Source: Trueperaceae bacterium (lineage in GTDB: Bacteria > Deinococcota > Deinococci > Deinococcales > Trueperaceae). Taken from it: a stretch of 64,000 nucleotides of DNA. Positions within the stretch are counted from its first letter, which is position 1; the number at the start of each line of letters is the position of its first letter. Made by a program: the position numbers and the translations under genes. The notes under the pieces were generated by a model. That model searched no databases. It was not told the DNA's origin and saw only the letters and a list, made by a program, of their open reading frames with translations. Below, one piece after another: positions 1-10,526 of this stretch. The stretch covers positions 3,168,001-3,232,000 of the forward strand of contig OZ243913.1 of the NCBI GenBank assembly GCA_965213705.1, read 5' to 3'.

Positions 1-206
1 GGACTCGTCAAGACGTAGACAAGCCGCGCCCCGACGATGCCCGCGACGACCAACCACACAGCCATGTCGAGAATTTTTTCGGGGTCGAGCCCGCGACGTT
101 CGGCCAGCCGCGTCGCCCAAACCGAACCGATGAGCACGCCGAGCGCGATAAACAGGCCGTACCAGCGCAGCGCCAGCGGCCCCACTTGCAACATGATTGG
201 GTCCAT
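1..206 (-). CDS. lgt: Prolipoprotein diacylglyceryl transferase, N-terminal part (runs off the window)
   Basis: Manual translation of the minus strand from ATG 206 gives MDPIMLQVGPLALRWYGLFIALG...GIVGARLVYVL, with the Lgt RWYG and GARLxYV motifs; GGAGG at 211-215. Not in the ORF track because it is truncated. Confidence 0.9.
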   Translation of the reverse strand, partial: MDPIMLQVGPLALRWYGLFIALGVLIGSVWATRLAERRGLDPEKILDMAVWLVVAGIVGARLVYVLTS

Positions 207-419
207 ACATCCTCCAGAAGAACTCGGTCAGGTCGGGGGTCGGTCTCGGCCAAGTCACCAGGCCGAGACCGTGCGCCCCTCCACGAAGCACTTCAACACA
301 AAGCACCCCAGTATAAAGCACCAAGAGTATATAGCGAACGCCCGAACAGGGAAGTTGCTTTTTCGACTCGAGCCTGCGCAACCCAGCCGGCGCGGTGGGG
401 CTGTAAAACGCAGGTAATT

Positions 420-899
420 TTAGACGAGTCGGGGGAACACCACGAACCCTATAGCGACGACGATGAACGTTTGCGTCACCATGCCCCCCAACGTGCCGAC
501 GAACACCCCGAATCCGGCCCGCAACGCCTCTCGCGGGGCGCGGCCGGTCAGCAGTTCGGCACCCACCGCGCCTGCCAGTGCGCCTATCAAAAAACCGAAA
601 GGAGGCAGCAAGAACAGCCCCAACAGCGCCCCGACAACGCTGCCCCACAGGCCCGCGCGGCTCGCCCCGAAGCGCCGCGCGCCTATCAGGCCCGCCACGT
701 AGTCCACGAGTAGCGCCAAAACGGTCAGCCCTGCGACGACGAGGAGCGGCGTGAGTCCCAGGGACTCGAAGCCCGTCAGCCACGCTGCCAACAAGGCACC
801 CACCGCAGCCAGCGGTACCCCCGGCAACACCGGCAAAAAGATACCCACAAGCGCGGCCAACGCAAAAACAGCGAAGAGGACAACAGCGAGCGCCGTCAC
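420..899 (-). CDS. DUF456-family membrane protein
   Basis: Hydrophobic ORF with LPVLPG, DYVAG..GARRFGAS and GALAGA..AEL motifs typical of DUF456/YqgC. Confidence 0.8.
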   Translation of the reverse strand: MTALAVVLFAVFALAALVGIFLPVLPGVPLAAVGALLAAWLTGFESLGLTPLLVVAGLTVLALLVDYVAGLIGARRFGASRAGLWGSVVGALLGLFLLPPFGFLIGALAGAVGAELLTGRAPREALRAGFGVFVGTLGGMVTQTFIVVAIGFVVFPRLV

Positions 900-909
900 T
901 GCCGCGCCC

Positions 910-2085
910 TCACTTTCCGAGCGCCGCGACGCCCGGCAGTTCGCGACCCTCGAGATATTCCAGCGACGCCCCGCCCCCGGTCGAGATGTGGTCGACGCGC
1001 TCCGCCACGCCGACGGCGTTCACCGCCGCCACAGAATCGCCGCCGCCCACAACCGTAAAGCCGTCCAAAGCGGCCACTGCTTCGGCGACGGCGCGCGTGC
1101 CCCGGTCGAAGGGCGCAACTTCGAACACGCCCATCGGCCCGTTCCAAAGCACGGTCTTCGCGTTCTCGAGCGCGGCCTGATACGTCACCCGGGCTTTGGG
1201 GCCGATGTCCAGACCCATCATTTTGTCGGGAATACTGTCGGAGGGATAAACTTCGGTCTCGACACCCGCTTCGATTTTGTGGGCGCAAACGGAGTCCTCA
1301 GGCAAGTAAAGTCTGACGTTCCGGCGCTCGGCCCGCTCGAGCAGGTCCCGAGCCAGCTCCAGTTTGTCGTCTTCGACGAGCGACTTGCCTACCGCGCCGC
1401 CTTGCGCCTTGAAAAAGGTGTACGCCATCGCCCCGCCGATAAGAATTTCGTCGGCAAGGCCGAGCAAGTTCTCGATCACGCCGATTTTGTCCGAGACCTT
1501 CGCGCCGCCCAAGACGACCTTGAAGGGTTTTTCGGGCTTGTCGAGGAGTTTGGACAAGGTGCCGATTTCTTTCTCGAGCAACCGCCCCGCCGCGCTCGGC
1601 AGCAGCCGGGCGACGCCCTCGGTCGAGGCGTGCGCGCGGTGCGCCGCGCCGAAGGCGTCGTTGACGTACAGGTCGGCGTAGGCGGCGAGCTTGCGCGCCA
1701 TTTCGGGGTCGTTTTTGGTTTCGCGGGCGTCGAAACGGGTGTTCTCGAGCAGCGTCACACTGCCCGCGGGCGCGGCCTGGACAAACCGCTCCTGCTCGGC
1801 GGAAACCGGGCCGTCGGTTGCGAGGTAGCGCACCTCGCGGCCCAAAAGCGCGCCCAAACGCGTGGCGACCGGCCCCAAACGCTCGTTCTTGTCCACCCCT
1901 TTGGGCCTTCCTAAGTGACTCATCAATATCAGGGTCACGCCTTTGTCGAGCAAGGTTTCAAGCGTCGGCAGCGCGGCCCGGATGCGGGTGTCGTCGGTGA
2001 CCTCCCCCACCCTGACGGGCACGTTGAAGTCGACGCGGACGAGCACGCGCTTGTCGTTTACCTCGAGGTCGTCTAGTGTTTTCAC
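910..2085 (-). CDS. pgk: Phosphoglycerate kinase
   Basis: RVDFNVP, SHLGRP, NDAFGAAHRAHAS, WNGPMGVFE and GGGDS...STGGGASLE motifs. Confidence 0.98.
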   Translation of the reverse strand: MKTLDDLEVNDKRVLVRVDFNVPVRVGEVTDDTRIRAALPTLETLLDKGVTLILMSHLGRPKGVDKNERLGPVATRLGALLGREVRYLATDGPVSAEQERFVQAAPAGSVTLLENTRFDARETKNDPEMARKLAAYADLYVNDAFGAAHRAHASTEGVARLLPSAAGRLLEKEIGTLSKLLDKPEKPFKVVLGGAKVSDKIGVIENLLGLADEILIGGAMAYTFFKAQGGAVGKSLVEDDKLELARDLLERAERRNVRLYLPEDSVCAHKIEAGVETEVYPSDSIPDKMMGLDIGPKARVTYQAALENAKTVLWNGPMGVFEVAPFDRGTRAVAEAVAALDGFTVVGGGDSVAAVNAVGVAERVDHISTGGGASLEYLEGRELPGVAALGK

Positions 2086-2360
2086 AGGTTCCTTCCGATA
2101 ACGAGTCTATTAAACGATTAACGACACCCACTCAACAGCGGCTAACCCCCCGGCCGGTACGCGTGCCAGAGGCCCCCTAAGGATAAGGCGTGCGGCCACG
2201 TCACCGCTACGGTGGAGCTACGGTGGAGGACATTCCCGCCTCGAGCTTTGCACGTTTGGACAGGTCTCAACAAGGTTGCTGCGACGAACCCTGCGACATC
2301 TCCAAACCTTACCGCTTCATCTTAGAAACCCGCGCACCGTTCGGGTGTAAACTGTCTGGT

Positions 2361-3470
2361 ATGAACGGACTTAGTATGAACGGACAAAAGATTCGCGTGC
2401 TCGAGCTTGCCGGTTCGCCCTATGACATGGGTTACACCCACGGGCGGCGCTTCGCCGACGATATTCGCGCTTTTGCCGAGGAGCGCGTGCGCTTGAGCGG
2501 CGACGCGCGTTGGGTAGGGCAGAACTTGGCGGCGGACGAGGTGTTAGCCATCGCCGACGCTTGTCTGGACGAGCACGAGCGCTACGCCCCCCACTTGGTC
2601 GAAGAACTGCGCGGCATGGCCGACGCGACCGGCCTCACCCTGGCCGAACTCATCGTCGTGAACGGCTTTACCGACTTTATCGACACGGTTTACAATGCGG
2701 CGAACCTGCGCGTGCCGGTTCCCGCCCACGCGGGCGCGGACAACTGCACGGCGTTTTTGGTGCCGAACAACAAGGCCGAGGGGGGCCGGGGCTTTTACGG
2801 CCAAACCTGGGACATGCACGACACCGCCACCGAGCACGTCATCATGTTGCGCAGCCAGCCCAAGAACAAGCCCGAGTTTTTGGCCTTCACGACGGTGGGC
2901 TGCGTCGGCATGATTGGGATGAACAGCGCAGGCTTAGCCATCGGCATCAACAATTTATCGGCGACCGACGGGCAAATCGGCGTGACCTGGCCGTTCGTGG
3001 TGCGTAAAGCTTTGGAGCAGGATAACGCCGACGACGCTCTCACCTGCATCACCGACGCTAACCTCGCGGGCGCGCACAACTACATGCTGATGGACGCCTC
3101 GGGCAAGGGTTACAACGTCGAGGCGACGCCGAGCCGGAACGAGGTGACGCCGCTCGAGCAAAACCCCATCGTCCACACCAACCACTGTCTCGTCGACCAC
3201 ACCAAAGGTATGGAGCGTGAACGTGAAGCGGCCTCGCAGAAAAGTTCCGAAGCGCGGATGAAGCGGGGCTACGGGCTGCTCGAGCACCACGGCGTCACCG
3301 TGGAGGACCTGCAAGCTTTGACTCGAGACCCCGAGAGCATCTGCGTGACCTCGAAACCGCCGCGCCACGTCGAGACCTGCGGCGCGGCCATCATGCGCCC
3401 CGCGACGGGGGACTTTTGGGCGGTGTGGGGTTTGCCGAGCGACAACGAGTACGAGCACTTCGAGCTTTGA
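2361..3470 (+). CDS. Peptidase C45 / acyl-CoA:6-aminopenicillanic acid acyltransferase family Ntn hydrolase
   Basis: DN|CTAF autoprocessing Cys, GQTWD, GMNSAGLAIGIN and HTNH motifs; start placed at the ATG 7 nt after a TAAACT -10 box. Confidence 0.85.
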   Translation: MNGLSMNGQKIRVLELAGSPYDMGYTHGRRFADDIRAFAEERVRLSGDARWVGQNLAADEVLAIADACLDEHERYAPHLVEELRGMADATGLTLAELIVVNGFTDFIDTVYNAANLRVPVPAHAGADNCTAFLVPNNKAEGGRGFYGQTWDMHDTATEHVIMLRSQPKNKPEFLAFTTVGCVGMIGMNSAGLAIGINNLSATDGQIGVTWPFVVRKALEQDNADDALTCITDANLAGAHNYMLMDASGKGYNVEATPSRNEVTPLEQNPIVHTNHCLVDHTKGMEREREAASQKSSEARMKRGYGLLEHHGVTVEDLQALTRDPESICVTSKPPRHVETCGAAIMRPATGDFWAVWGLPSDNEYEHFEL

Positions 3471-4111
3471 TTCTGCCTGATTTTCACACGGTTTTGCTGT
3501 TCGCCGTCGCCGCGGCTGCACTCGTCTCGGCACCGGGGCCGGCGACGCTCTACATCGTCACGCGCAGTCTGGACGGCGGGCGACGGGCGGGCATGGCCTC
3601 GGTGCTCGGCATCAACACCGGCGCGCTGGTCCACATCGGCGCGGCGGCGCTCGGGCTCTCAGCGCTGCTCGCCTCGTCCGCGCTGGCCTTCAACGCGGTG
3701 AAGTACGCGGGCGCAGCGTACCTCGTGTATTTGGGCGTTCGGAAACTGCTCAGCAAAGAGCGGGTGAGTATAGAGGGTCAAGTTGAGCCTCAAACCCTCG
3801 CGCGCACGTTTTATCAAGGTATCGTCGTCAATGTCCTCAACCCCAAGGCCGCGCTGTTCTTTTTCGCCTTTCTGCCGCAATTTATAGACGTGAACGCGCC
3901 CGGTGCCGCGCTGCAAATCCTGTTTTTAGGCGCGGTTTTCATCGCTATCGCCTTTGTTGGTGACAGCACCTACGCGTTGCTGGCAGGTGGCGTGAGAGGG
4001 TTGTTGAAACGCAGTAAAACGTTTTCAAGAACGCAAAAGTACCTGACCGGCGGCATTTACATCCTGCTTGGGCTGGGTGCGGCGTTCGCAGGCTCGAGCA
4101 AGCTTAAATAG
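3467..4111 (+). CDS. LysE/RhtB-family amino-acid efflux protein
   Basis: PGP, GAAYLVYLG and NPKAALFF motifs; TTG start overlaps the upstream TGA (TTGA). Confidence 0.9.
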   Translation: MILPDFHTVLLFAVAAAALVSAPGPATLYIVTRSLDGGRRAGMASVLGINTGALVHIGAAALGLSALLASSALAFNAVKYAGAAYLVYLGVRKLLSKERVSIEGQVEPQTLARTFYQGIVVNVLNPKAALFFFAFLPQFIDVNAPGAALQILFLGAVFIAIAFVGDSTYALLAGGVRGLLKRSKTFSRTQKYLTGGIYILLGLGAAFAGSSKLK

Positions 4112-4134
4112 CCGTGTGTCTGCTACATTGAAGT

Positions 4135-4713
4135 ATGGCTCTACCAACCCACACCATGACAGAGGGACAACCTTCCCGTCACCGCTTCACCGTGGACCAG
4201 TTTCACACCATGATTGAAGCGGGCGTGTTCACCGAGGACGACCGGCTCGAGCTTGTCGACGGAGAAATCGTTGAAATGTCCCCTATCGGCAGTCCTCACG
4301 CAACTTGTGTTCGGAAGCTGACCAACTTGCTCGTCAGGTTGAGCGAAAGCATCATCGTTGATGTTCAAAACCCGCTCAGCTTGTCTGAATCATCGGAAGT
4401 CTATCCCGATTTGCTTGTTCTAAAGTATCAAGACAACTTCTACGCCGACCACATTCCCAATGCTAAGGATGCCCACCTCGTCATCGAGGTTTCCGACTCT
4501 ACCTTGTTCTATGACCGCACCGTCAAGCTGCCCCACTACGCCGCGGCGGGAGTTGCCGAGGTGTGGATTGTGAACCTGAACGCCGAACGGGTTCTGGTTC
4601 ACCGCGACCCGCTGGACGGGGTTTATGGGCGGGTTGAAGAAGTCAAACGGGGCGGCAAGTTGAATGTTATGGCTTTGGGCAGCCTCGAGCTGGACCTTGC
4701 CGACATCTTGTAG
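4135..4713 (+). CDS. Uma2 (DUF820) family endonuclease-fold protein
   Basis: ELVDGEIVEMSP, PDLLV, LVIEVSDST and KLPHYAAAGVAEVWIV motifs. Confidence 0.9.
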   Translation: MALPTHTMTEGQPSRHRFTVDQFHTMIEAGVFTEDDRLELVDGEIVEMSPIGSPHATCVRKLTNLLVRLSESIIVDVQNPLSLSESSEVYPDLLVLKYQDNFYADHIPNAKDAHLVIEVSDSTLFYDRTVKLPHYAAAGVAEVWIVNLNAERVLVHRDPLDGVYGRVEEVKRGGKLNVMALGSLELDLADIL

Positions 4714-4728
4714 ATGATTGACCTCTAA

Positions 4729-5358
4729 ATGATAAACCTCGTCACGCTCGAGCCCCACCACGCCGGTTCCCTCGAGCAACTCCAAATCGCCTGCTTCCCC
4801 ACCCTCGCCGCCCACGAACTCATGCGCGAGGAGCACTTTTTGAGCCACGCCCGTCTTTTTCCCGAGGGCAGTTTTGTCGCGCTCGACAGGGAGCACGTCG
4901 TCGGCCTCGGCTCGGGTTTTTTTATCGACTTCGACTTTGAAAATACTCATCACACCTTCAAAGACGTCATCGCCGCCGGTTATTACACGAACCACGCGCC
5001 CGCGGGCGCGTGGTACTACGGCGCGGACATCAGCGTCCACCCGGACTACCGGGGGCGCGGCATCGGCAAGTTGCTTTACGAAGCGCGCAAGAGTTTGGTC
5101 AAGCGCAGCAACCGCCGCGGCATCGTCGCGGGCGGCGTGTTGCCGGGATATGCCGAGCACAAGGGCAAACTGACGGTACAGGAATACGTCGACAAAGTCG
5201 TCGCGGGCGAGCTGCTCGACCCCACGCTCAGCTTTCAGCTTAAAAACGGTTTTGAGGTTCGGGGCTTGCTCGAGAACTACCTCGAAGACGCGGCTTCCGA
5301 TAACTGGGCGACCTTAATCGTGTGGGAAAATCCTGATTACGACGCTCAAGCTGCTTGA
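4729..5358 (+). CDS. GNAT N-acetyltransferase (YkwB/YhcX-like)
   Basis: VHPDYRGRGIGK acetyl-CoA motif, FPEG, DPTLSFQLKNGF. Confidence 0.85.
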   Translation: MINLVTLEPHHAGSLEQLQIACFPTLAAHELMREEHFLSHARLFPEGSFVALDREHVVGLGSGFFIDFDFENTHHTFKDVIAAGYYTNHAPAGAWYYGADISVHPDYRGRGIGKLLYEARKSLVKRSNRRGIVAGGVLPGYAEHKGKLTVQEYVDKVVAGELLDPTLSFQLKNGFEVRGLLENYLEDAASDNWATLIVWENPDYDAQAA

Positions 5359-5696
5359 ACCTCGAGATGCCTAACCAAACCCGAGTAAGCTTCGTTTATT
5401 TTTTTGACGAGTTCGGTCGCTGCCGCGCGCCTTTCCGGGTCTTGGAACTTGTCGGGGTGGTACTTTTTCATCAGTCGCTTGTAAGCCGCCCGCACCTCCG
5501 GTAAATCGGCACCGTAAGGTAGCTCGAGGACGATGTAGTGTTTGGCAAGGACGGGGTCTTTGCCGTCGTAGTTGTCCTTGACCTCTTGCCAAAAATCCTC
5601 TTGAAAAAAAGGATGTTTGACCGCGCCCTCGAAACGGCCGAGGCGGTGGTTGACCTCGCTGCGCAAGATGCGCCAGAGGCGGTTGGGAATACTCAC
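5346..5696 (-). CDS. Small J-domain (DnaJ-like) protein
   Basis: AYKRLMKKYHPDK (HPD motif) and INEAY. Confidence 0.85.
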   Translation of the reverse strand: MSIPNRLWRILRSEVNHRLGRFEGAVKHPFFQEDFWQEVKDNYDGKDPVLAKHYIVLELPYGADLPEVRAAYKRLMKKYHPDKFQDPERRAAATELVKKINEAYSGLVRHLEVQAA

Positions 5697-5859
5697 GCTT
5701 ACAGTTTACAAGATTGGCTTGGAAGCGGCTTCCGTGAAAAGTCGGAGAGGGCTTCCTCGTCTCGCTCATGTGAACGCTTTCCAGACAGAAGTTTATGTGA
5801 ACTCTCCTACCTCGCAAACTTTCTAAGCTGACCGGTCTGCCACTCTTCACACTTTCAGG

Positions 5860-6372
5860 CTAAATCAGCTCTTTTTCGGTTAAGTAGAATTTCAGCGCGG
5901 CCTGGTCGACCCAAGAAAACTGCTCTTGGTTGTCAGCAAGCATAGTTGCAACTTGCGTAACAGGTAGCCACATGATGTTTTCAGTTTCGTCGCCTACGTT
6001 CAAAAGCGTGCCCTCGGCGTGACACAAAAAGTAAACACCCATAGAGTCAACAGGACCCTCTAACGTTTGGTAGACCGCGTAGGGACGCAAACACTCGACC
6101 TTTTTGTCGCCGCTTGTGCTTTCAATTCTCGAGGTATGACCTTCAATGAAGGTAACATCTAAACCCGTTTCTTCTTTTACCTCGCGCTTCAGGGCATCAA
6201 GCAGGGATTCGTAAGGGTCGAGACGACCTCCCGGCAGTTCGGTGGTCTTAGCAGACTCATGAGATTTGTTGCGAGTTTGCAGGACAATTTCAACTCCCGT
6301 AGCGTTGTGACGCTCGATAATAGCCCTGGCGTTTACGTGAATAGTTTTACTCTTCGACTTCAAAAAAGGCAT
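5860..6372 (-). CDS. NUDIX hydrolase
   Basis: Nudix box GGRLDPYESLLDALKREVKEETG; start set at MPFLK downstream of the potC-like gene; visibly lower GC than neighbours. Confidence 0.85.
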   Translation of the reverse strand: MPFLKSKSKTIHVNARAIIERHNATGVEIVLQTRNKSHESAKTTELPGGRLDPYESLLDALKREVKEETGLDVTFIEGHTSRIESTSGDKKVECLRPYAVYQTLEGPVDSMGVYFLCHAEGTLLNVGDETENIMWLPVTQVATMLADNQEQFSWVDQAALKFYLTEKELI

Positions 6373-6395
6373 GTCAAAGTATAAAGCCTCTACCT

Positions 6396-7316
6396 TCAAC
6401 TCTCCGAATTTCGTTGCTGCAACACCAGCGAAATACCCACCAGGACGGTCGAGGCCACAATCATCAGCGTCGAAATCGCGTTGATTTCGGGCGAGACGCG
6501 CTGTTTGAGCATCCCGTAAACGAAAATCGGCAGGGTGTCGTCGCCGACGCCCTTGGTGAAAAAAGTGACCACGTAGTCGTCCAGGGACAGCGTGAGCGCC
6601 AGCAGCGCGCCCGCTAAGATGCCGGGCAACAGCAGCGGAAATGTGATGCGCCAAAAGGTCTGAAACCGGTTGGCGCCTAGGTCGTTGGCCGCCTCTTCAA
6701 GATTCGTGCTCATCGTTGCCAGACGCGCCCGCACCACGATGACAACGTAAGAAATGTTGAAGGCCACGTGCGCGATGATGATGGTGGCGAAACCGCGGGT
6801 CACGCGCTCGCCCGTTACGCCCTGGTAAAAGTCGAACATGATGCCGAAGAAAATGGCGAGTGACACCCCTTGGGTGATTTCGGGGATGACGACGGGGAGG
6901 TACAGCAGCGCGTCGATAACGCGCCGCCCCGGAAAACGCCCGCGGTGGATGGCGAGCGCGAGCGTGGTGCCGATGACGGTGGCGAGGAGCGAGGCACTGA
7001 ACGAGACGATTAAGGAGTTGCCGAGAGCAGAAAGCAACTTTTCTGTCACGAAACTCGCCCCGCCCGAGCCCGCCGCGAAGATGTTCTCGTACCACCGCCA
7101 GGTAAAGCCGCGCCACACCGACACCGAGGCCGAGTCGTTGAACGAAAACACGACGAGTACAAGAATAGGTGCCCACAGGAAAAAGTAGTTGACAAACGGT
7201 GTTACCCATAGGCCGACCTTGCCAATCCGGCGCACGGTGAGGTCGCGGCTCAACTTGCCCTTGTCGACCTGAACGTCCGCCGGTTGAACCGCGACCCGGT
7301 CAGCCACCCCGCTCAC
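6396..7316 (-). CDS. Spermidine/putrescine-type ABC transporter permease (PotC-like)
   Basis: SFN...GFTWRWY, EEAANDLGA (EAA loop), SLDD, PEINA. Confidence 0.9.
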   Translation of the reverse strand: MSGVADRVAVQPADVQVDKGKLSRDLTVRRIGKVGLWVTPFVNYFFLWAPILVLVVFSFNDSASVSVWRGFTWRWYENIFAAGSGGASFVTEKLLSALGNSLIVSFSASLLATVIGTTLALAIHRGRFPGRRVIDALLYLPVVIPEITQGVSLAIFFGIMFDFYQGVTGERVTRGFATIIIAHVAFNISYVVIVVRARLATMSTNLEEAANDLGANRFQTFWRITFPLLLPGILAGALLALTLSLDDYVVTFFTKGVGDDTLPIFVYGMLKQRVSPEINAISTLMIVASTVLVGISLVLQQRNSES

Positions 7317-8166
7317 CCCGCTCCTGCCCGAAGCGGATGTAAACCGCCACGCCCACCAGCACGATGACGATTAAGACGATGGAAATAGCCGAGCCGAGCG
7401 GCGTGTTGGCCCGCCCGCCGAACTGCCGCGCAATCAAGTTGCCGATCATGAGTCCGCGCGTGCCGCCCAACAGGTCGGGCGTCACGAACGAGCCGATGGC
7501 GGGGATGAACACGAGCATCGAGCCCGCCACGACGCCCGGCAGGGTTAACGGGAACACGACGCGCCAAAAGGTGTGCCAGTCGTTCGCGCCGAGGTCGTTC
7601 GCCGCCTCGACGAAGCGAAAGTCCAGCCGTTCGACCGCCGCGTAGACGGGCAGAATCATAAACGGCAAAAAGCCGTAAACGAGGCCCAGGATGACAGCAA
7701 AGGGGGTAAAGAGCAGCTCGAGCCCCCCGCCCAAAAACGGCACCCTACTGAGCAACGTGTTGACGATTCCCTCAGGCCCGATAATGGACTTCAAGGCGTA
7801 AGTGCGCACCAAAAAGTTCGTCCAAAAAGGCAGCAGAATCAAAAAGAGCAGGATGAGCCGCGTGCGCGAACCTTTGCGGGTGCTGATGAAAAACGCCATC
7901 GGGTAACCTAAAACCAAACACCACAACGTCGTGTAGAGCGCAATCCTGAGCGAGCGCCACACCACCGTTCCGAACACGTCGAAGGTACGCTCATAATGTG
8001 CAAACGTCCACGGCAGTATCGGCGTGCCGCCGACGCCCTTAGTTAAAAAACTCGCCGCGAGCACGAACAGCAGTGGCAGCATGAAAAATACCGTCAGCCA
8101 AAAAATACCGGGGAAGCCGAGCCAGAAACCCTTTTGTTCGGGGCGCTGTTTTAGGCGGCGATTCAT
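7300..8166 (-). CDS. Spermidine/putrescine-type ABC transporter permease (PotB-like)
   Basis: LPFWTNFLVRTYA, LPFMILP, EAANDLGA, P.LLGG. Confidence 0.9.
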   Translation of the reverse strand: MNRRLKQRPEQKGFWLGFPGIFWLTVFFMLPLLFVLAASFLTKGVGGTPILPWTFAHYERTFDVFGTVVWRSLRIALYTTLWCLVLGYPMAFFISTRKGSRTRLILLFLILLPFWTNFLVRTYALKSIIGPEGIVNTLLSRVPFLGGGLELLFTPFAVILGLVYGFLPFMILPVYAAVERLDFRFVEAANDLGANDWHTFWRVVFPLTLPGVVAGSMLVFIPAIGSFVTPDLLGGTRGLMIGNLIARQFGGRANTPLGSAISIVLIVIVLVGVAVYIRFGQERGERGG

Positions 8167-8287
8167 GGCCGCTTATCGTAACAGGTCGGCTGGGGAGAGG
8201 TAGAGAGTCGGTGCAGTGGCGAACAACCTCTGGCTTGCCCTACCCATGTTCCCTACCCACGACAGCCTGCGTTATGCTTGAGCGCGC

Positions 8288-9214
8288 ATGACCGACGCCC
8301 TCACCGAACTGCAAAGGCTCACCAACTTAGACGCTGGCCTGCTGACGAAACTGCTCGAGTCGGTCATCTCCATCGGGGCGCTGTGGCTGCTGCAGCGGCT
8401 GCTGATTTGGCTCGTGTTCCGGCGGCTGGAAAGCCCGCGGCTGCGCTACCGCTGGCGCAAAACCATCAACTATACCGCGGTCGCCCTGGGCGTCGTGGTG
8501 GTGGCGCGCGTGTGGCTGCTCGGCCTCACTTCGCTGGCGACGTTTTTGGGTTTGGTGTCGGCGGGTTTGGCGATTGCGCTGAGCGACATCGTCACGGGTT
8601 TGGCGGGCTGGGTGTTCATCTTGACGCGGCGGCCGTTCGAGGTCGGCGACCGCATCGAAATCGGCGAGTACCGGGGCGACGTCATCGACCAGCGCCCGTT
8701 CGCTTTTTCACTGATGGAAATCGGCAACTGGGTCCACGCCGACCAGTCGACCGGGCGCATCGTCCACATCCCCAACGGCCGGGTGTTGCGCGAACCGCTC
8801 GCCAACTACAGCCAGGGCTTCGACTACATCTGGCACGAGCTGCCGGTGATGGTCACGTTTGAAAGCGACTGGGAAAAGGCCAAGGCGATTTTGAACGAGG
8901 CCGTTACCGAACACGCCGAAAGTTTAAGCGATTCGGCGGCGCGGCGGGTGCGCATGGCGGCGCGGCGCTACTACATCGTTTTTTCCAAACTCACCCCCAT
9001 CGTTTACCTGAGCGTCGAGGACAGCGGCGTGCTGTTGACCATGAGGTTTTTGTGCCAACCGCGGCGGCGGCGCGGCACCTCGGAAGCGATTTGGGAACAC
9101 GTGCTGCGCGAGTTCGCCAAACACGACGACATCGACCTCGCCTACCCCACGCAGCGCATTTACAACAACCGGCTCGAGGGCAAACCCGGCGCGGGCGGCA
9201 GACCGCAGGCTTGA
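8288..9214 (+). CDS. Small-conductance mechanosensitive channel (MscS family)
   Basis: GLAIALSD, RPFEVGDRIEIG..GDV, IPN and IDLAYPT motifs. Confidence 0.9.
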   Translation: MTDALTELQRLTNLDAGLLTKLLESVISIGALWLLQRLLIWLVFRRLESPRLRYRWRKTINYTAVALGVVVVARVWLLGLTSLATFLGLVSAGLAIALSDIVTGLAGWVFILTRRPFEVGDRIEIGEYRGDVIDQRPFAFSLMEIGNWVHADQSTGRIVHIPNGRVLREPLANYSQGFDYIWHELPVMVTFESDWEKAKAILNEAVTEHAESLSDSAARRVRMAARRYYIVFSKLTPIVYLSVEDSGVLLTMRFLCQPRRRRGTSEAIWEHVLREFAKHDDIDLAYPTQRIYNNRLEGKPGAGGRPQA

Positions 9215-9263
9215 ACCTCCAAAAGCAGGAAAATCTTGAAGTTACCAAGTTGCGCACAACAGG

Positions 9264-9381
9264 TCGTCCACTGCGAACGAATGTGAAGCAGGCCCGAAGT
9301 GCGGCAATCTCAACGTTTGAAACGCGCCGTCTCTGCGCTTGCGTGAGGTTGCTTCGTCCGCTTTCGCTCCCTCGCAACGAC
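9264..9381. repeat. REP-like palindromic intergenic element, copy A
   Basis: Imperfect palindrome tcgtccactgcgaacga...gcaatctc...gaggttgcttcgtccgctttcgctccctcgcaacgac; shares GCAACCTCACGC (reverse complement) and flanking similarity with 42793-42863. Confidence 0.6.
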
Positions 9382-9557
9382 AAATTTAGGTGCAAACCGA
9401 CTTCACGGTCGCCCTATCCCCAAAAGTGAGCCGCCCTGCTTGACGCTTCCGCGGGTGTTAAGCTAGGCTGGGAAGCGCTAAAAACAGTTCAGCCACGGAA
9501 ACGTCTCAGTCATGGCCCGGTACTTTCGGTACGGTCTCAGTTCGGAAGGGACTTTTG

Positions 9558-10028
9558 ATGAAGCTCGAGGGTTCGCACACGATTTCGGCCCCGCGCAGCG
9601 TCGTTTGGGAGATGTTGCAAGACCCGGACGTCCTCGCCCAGGCCACGCCCGGCGCAAAAAGTATGGAAAAAGAGGGCGAGGACGCTTACACGGCAACGCT
9701 CGACATCGGCATCGGCCCGGTGCGCGGCACCTTCGACGGCCGTGTCCACATCAGCGACAAAGACGAGCCCGAAGCCATGACCCTGAACGTCCAGGGACAA
9801 GGCGGTCCGGGCGGTATCAAAGCCGTAGGGAGGTTGCGGTTGGAGGACAAGGGCGACCAAACCGTCATCCACTGGGCGGGCGAGCCGCAGATTTCGGGGC
9901 GTTTGGCCGCGGTCGGCGCGCGCCTCGTCGGCGGCGTCGCCAAAAAGATGGCGGGGCAGTTTTTCGACAGCGTCGACAAGCAGGCACAAGGCTACCAAGC
10001 AACCAAGGCAGCAAAAACCACAGCGTAA
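9558..10028 (+). CDS. coxG: CoxG (SRPBCC-fold) accessory protein
   Basis: VWEMLQDP..L...PG, GPVRGTF, GRLAAVGARL; first gene of the cox-like operon. Confidence 0.85.
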   Translation: MKLEGSHTISAPRSVVWEMLQDPDVLAQATPGAKSMEKEGEDAYTATLDIGIGPVRGTFDGRVHISDKDEPEAMTLNVQGQGGPGGIKAVGRLRLEDKGDQTVIHWAGEPQISGRLAAVGARLVGGVAKKMAGQFFDSVDKQAQGYQATKAAKTTA

Positions 10029-10040
10029 GGACGGGTGTCA

Positions 10041-10526
10041 ATGGAAGTCACAGTAGAAGTCAACGGTCAGAGTTACAGCCGCGACGTCGAGCCGCGAACG
10101 CTCCTCGTCCACTTCGTCCGCGAGCACTTAGGCCTCACCGGCACGCACGTCGGTTGCGAAACCACAACCTGCGGCGCGTGTACGGTCTTGCTGGACGGTG
10201 ACGCGGTGAAGTCCTGCAACGTGCTCGCGGTCCAAGCCGACGGCATGAAAGTTACCACCGTCGAAGGCCTTGCCAAGGGCAGCGAGCTTCACCCCATCCA
10301 AGAAGGCTTTTGGGAGGAGCACGGTCTGCAGTGCGGCTACTGCACGCCCGGCTTTTTGATGGCGACGGTGCAGTTGCTCGAGCGCAACCCCAGTCCCAGC
10401 GAAGAAGAGATTCGCCACGGCCTGGACGGCAACCTGTGCCGCTGCACGGGCTACCACAACATCGTCAAGGCCGTGAAGTATGCCGCCGAGAAAATGCAGG
10501 GCCAACAAGCAGTCGCCGCGGACTAA
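10041..10526 (+). CDS. coxS: CoxS-like (2Fe-2S) small subunit of a molybdenum hydroxylase
   Basis: [19 protein letters not shown] and NLCRCTGY Cys motifs. Confidence 0.95.
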   Translation: MEVTVEVNGQSYSRDVEPRTLLVHFVREHLGLTGTHVGCETTTCGACTVLLDGDAVKSCNVLAVQADGMKVTTVEGLAKGSELHPIQEGFWEEHGLQCGYCTPGFLMATVQLLERNPSPSEEEIRHGLDGNLCRCTGYHNIVKAVKYAAEKMQGQQAVAAD

